Source: a virus. Taken from it: a stretch of 64,000 bases of DNA. Below are positions 61,689 through 64,000 of this stretch, piece after piece. The stretch is taken from IMG/VR virus record IMGVR_UViG_3300018007_000001, one strand, 5' to 3'. A model generated the notes under the pieces. That model was not told where the DNA came from and searched no databases. It saw only the letters and a program-made list of their open reading frames with translations. How positions within the stretch are numbered: the stretch's first letter is position 1; every line of letters begins with the position of its first letter. The position numbers were made by a program, and so were the translations under genes.

Positions 61689-61738
61689 TTTTGAAACCCT
61701 CGCGGGAAATGGTGGGAATTTACGAACACGCGGGCAGT

Positions 61739-62365
61739 TTACGCCGGTCTTTCAAGGGAATCAAGCAGATCCCAAGTGACTTCATTCGCTGGCGTCAATG
61801 CTCCGATGTCTTGAAACAGCTCGGAACGATAAGGCCAGGGATCAATATCCGCGATCCATCGGAACCAAAGAGCAACCTTTATGCTCCGCTCGATATGTTC
61901 CTTCCATGCGTAGAAGTTTGGTTTCTCACGCCAGAACATAGGCGTGTCCACATTTGGAATCTGGCCGAATGTATTGCGAAAGTGATGGATAATCAGATCA
62001 GCGAGTTTATCACAGATCGTTGAAATCTCAGGCGCGATCCCATCGGCAATCATTGAATGCGTAATAACGCAAAGAACACCATTTGTTTTAAACGGAAGCG
62101 CGCGAGAATATGTCGGCATGTCTTTCGTCGGCTCATGGATATAAACAACCGGCCCGTCGCAGTCTTGATGATCAGGAAAGACATGCTCGAATTCATCAAC
62201 AATCCGCTGCGCTGCTTCGTGCTGAATCTCACCGCCAGTACAGCGCTCATGGTACTGTGCCAGATTGTCAAGCGCCGTGAGCGCGTCTTCGGAAAAAGGT
62301 GTCCGTTCAAGAAAGTCTTTAATTGCCTGGTAATAGGCGAGGTCCGGATCACGCGCATTTTTCAT
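61739..62365 (-). CDS. hypothetical protein (leaderless configuration)
   Basis: 208-aa ORF. The ATG lies 6 nt after a TAAAGT -10 box. Confidence 0.55.
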   Translation of the reverse strand: MKNARDPDLAYYQAIKDFLERTPFSEDALTALDNLAQYHERCTGGEIQHEAAQRIVDEFEHVFPDHQDCDGPVVYIHEPTKDMPTYSRALPFKTNGVLCVITHSMIADGIAPEISTICDKLADLIIHHFRNTFGQIPNVDTPMFWREKPNFYAWKEHIERSIKVALWFRWIADIDPWPYRSELFQDIGALTPANEVTWDLLDSLERPA

Positions 62366-62371
62366 GCAGCC

Positions 62372-62401
62372 ACTTTACTTCAAAAGCGTGGGCGGGGGCA
62401 A
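62372..62401 (-). promoter_or_regulatory. sigma70-like promoter TTGCCC-N18-TAAAGT
   Basis: -35 at 62396-62401 and -10 at 62372-62377. Back-to-back with promoter d. Confidence 0.4.
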
Positions 62402-62403
62402 TA

Positions 62404-62446
62404 CCTGAATGGGGAATTGCGGGGGATGCTATGCTGTTTTTATGAG
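62404..62446 (+). promoter_or_regulatory. family promoter d: CCTGAATGGGGAATTGCGG-N18-TATGAG
   Basis: -35 TTGCGG (62417-62422) and -10 TATGAG (62441-62446). ATG at 62454 follows after 7 nt. Confidence 0.45.
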
Positions 62447-62453
62447 CAAAGAA

Positions 62454-62846
62454 ATGGAAGCCTGCGAAGCTTTCAACGCCGTTGCCGAGATGGTCCTGGC
62501 CCTCGGGGAGTTCCCTTTGGCCGAAAAACATGAAGGGTGTTTTCTTCACAGGGTTGACGAGCGATGGGTTTTCGCCATCAACGGGCACCGCGAAGCGAAG
62601 AAATGTCGGTATGTGACCGGGCCGATGAGCGGCGAAAGCGAGCCAGAGGTCGAGATCATGCCGTTCAATTGCTTTGTCTGGTACAACGGCTGGCCGGCTG
62701 GTTATTTCGATCCGTCTGGCGGGATCATAGCAGGCGGCGAGGCGGCAAACGAAGCGGCCTTTATTGAGGCGGTCAAGGCCGCCACGGAAAAGGTCAAATC
62801 GCAGACCGCGCAAACCTCGAAGCAATCCGATCAACCTGGCGATTGA
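62454..62846 (+). CDS. hypothetical protein (start trimmed to fit the promoter)
   Basis: MEACEAFNAVAEMVLALGEF...WVFAINGH...VWYNGWPAGYFDPSGGIIAGG.... The tracked ORF starts at 62409, inside the promoter motif. Its 3' end overlaps the convergent minus-strand gene by 53 nt. Confidence 0.5.
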   Translation: MEACEAFNAVAEMVLALGEFPLAEKHEGCFLHRVDERWVFAINGHREAKKCRYVTGPMSGESEPEVEIMPFNCFVWYNGWPAGYFDPSGGIIAGGEAANEAAFIEAVKAATEKVKSQTAQTSKQSDQPGD

Positions 62847-64000
62847 TCACGTTCTCATTCAAGTAGCGTTGCAGAATCTCGCCCTTTCGCTTGGCCTGGG
62901 CGGCGCGAGTCTCGGGGCTCATCTTCTGAATGTCTTTCTGTTTGGTGCTGAAGGTTCGGAAAATTCCGTTCAATTGCCTTTTCGCCTCGGCCAAGGTTTC
63001 TTTGTCGACCTTGCCCAATTTAGCCTTGAGCTTTGTTTCCGCCTCAGTCAAAGCGGCCGACCGTTCTAACGCCAAGTCTCTTTCTTCCGGCAAGGCTTCG
63101 ACTTTAGCCTCAGCGTCTTTTCTAGCTTCTTTGATGCCGAATTCGAGCAGTTTCTTTTTCCCGGACTTGTCCGCTTGTCTGTATTCGTCGCTTTCGATTA
63201 TTTCTGGGAGCGTTCGGGCAATCTGTTTCGTGTGCCGATCCGCGCGGGCTTTGTAATCTTCTGGCGATTCTCCTTCCTCGCGCTTCGGCGCCGTGATCTT
63301 CTGGTTTACAGCGTCAAGCTCCTTGCCCACTTTATCGGGCATTCCCCGAACGATTGGGACGTTCGTTCTGAGGCCCGGCGTAACAGCCTCAAATTCCTCG
63401 GCTACTCCCTTTGGCCGCCTAATGACTTTTGGGCGTTCAAGCTGCAACATCCTGGCGACAACATGCCCCAGCCCAGCTTTTTCCTCGGGGTCGGTCGCTC
63501 GGGCAAGCCTTTGAATGTCTGGCGGCAACACTGCGCTTCTGACGGGCGCCGTGATGAATTTGCCGACGCCGCCGGGCTGTTCGGATTCCCTGATAGCCCG
63601 AACCGGCTCACCGAGAAATGGGATTTCCTCAAATAGCGCCAACGACGATTGAACCAAAGCGTCCGTATACGACGCCTCTTTGTTGCCTTTCCGTTTAGCA
63701 TCAAGGATTCGATAAACCGTCGCGTAGAACTGCAGGGCGTTGACGGCCGGGTTATGGACCATCCAGCCCGGCAGGTCCATCCCAAAGAATCGCACGCCTC
63801 CGACCTGGACATCCTCGGATCCCCGCTTTTTCTCGCCGGCCACATAATACCCGCCAAACTCTAGGCCCCTAAAACCGACATACAACAGCAGCCCCAGGAA
63901 GCCTAAGAATGTCGCCATCATTGCGCCGCGGTTAATATTGCGTGCGATGTAATCGGCATCTTCTGGCGTCAGGCGATCAGCGAAGCCGCCCGTTCCGCCT
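62794..64000 (-). CDS. C-terminal part of a large membrane-anchored protein; ORF continues beyond the right edge
   Basis: The frame is open from 63921 up to nt 64000 by hand translation (...GGTGGFADRLTPEDADYIARNINRGAMMATFLGFLGLLLYVGF...). One TM segment, followed by a K/E/A-rich helical tail. Confidence 0.6.
   Translation of the reverse strand, partial: GGTGGFADRLTPEDADYIARNINRGAMMATFLGFLGLLLYVGFRGLEFGGYYVAGEKKRGSEDVQVGGVRFFGMDLPGWMVHNPAVNALQFYATVYRILDAKRKGNKEASYTDALVQSSLALFEEIPFLGEPVRAIRESEQPGGVGKFITAPVRSAVLPPDIQRLARATDPEEKAGLGHVVARMLQLERPKVIRRPKGVAEEFEAVTPGLRTNVPIVRGMPDKVGKELDAVNQKITAPKREEGESPEDYKARADRHTKQIARTLPEIIESDEYRQADKSGKKKLLEFGIKEARKDAEAKVEALPEERDLALERSAALTEAETKLKAKLGKVDKETLAEAKRQLNGIFRTFSTKQKDIQKMSPETRAAQAKRKGEILQRYLNENVINRQVDRIASRFARSAI

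Noticed and set aside
62349-62834. 161-aa minus-strand ORF
   Set aside because: It is antisense to 62454..62846, which has a family promoter and protein-like sequence. The minus-frame product is R/G/L/F-rich.

Overview
This window is a 64-kb slice of a tailed-phage genome with podovirus-like head/tail gene order. By eye it is moderately GC-rich and more than 90% coding. I saw no rRNA, CRISPR array, integrase or reverse transcriptase.

Nearly all genes are on the minus strand, so transcription runs right to left:
1. 64000-62794: C-terminal part of a large membrane-anchored protein that runs off the right edge.
2. 62.8-60.5 kb: small accessory genes and a switch-like divergent promoter region with a leaderless HTH regulator.
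3. 60.5-44.9 kb: recombination/replication module. It holds RusA, a pentapeptide-repeat protein coupled to an SMC/RecN-like ATPase, a YqaJ exonuclease with a candidate annealing protein, a GroES homologue, a DUF1376-like protein and DnaB. An 8-gene plus-strand ORFan cassette (47.5-50.8 kb) interrupts it.
4. 44.9-40.2 kb: ORFans plus a GT-A glycosyltransferase-like gene.
5. 39.9-26 kb: packaging and head genes (TerL, portal, an inserted zinc-ribbon/HNH-like cassette, scaffold, major capsid, beta-helix protein).
6. 26-13.7 kb: tail/fibre genes, an initiator-like tRNA(CAT) and an LVIVD-repeat propeller protein.
7. 13.5-7.4 kb: a DNA methyltransferase, two GNATs and a GH25 lysozyme.
8. 7.4-1.2 kb: a 2064-aa polyvalent virion protein, followed by a DnaJ-type zinc-finger protein and a truncated ATP-grasp-like gene.

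The most unusual signals are:
- a methyltransferase with six copies of the catalytic SPP(Y/F) motif;
- a recurring extended promoter motif, GAAYRGGGAATTG-N17/18-TAnnnT;
- several start codons lying only 6-11 nt downstream of a -10 box, implying leaderless mRNAs;
- two promoter-to-terminator units that look like small RNAs;
- a possible overprinted gene inside the giant ORF;
- a translationally overlapping pentapeptide-repeat/ATPase pair.

Every functional call comes from reading motifs by eye and from memory of protein families. No database search, HMM or folding program was run.
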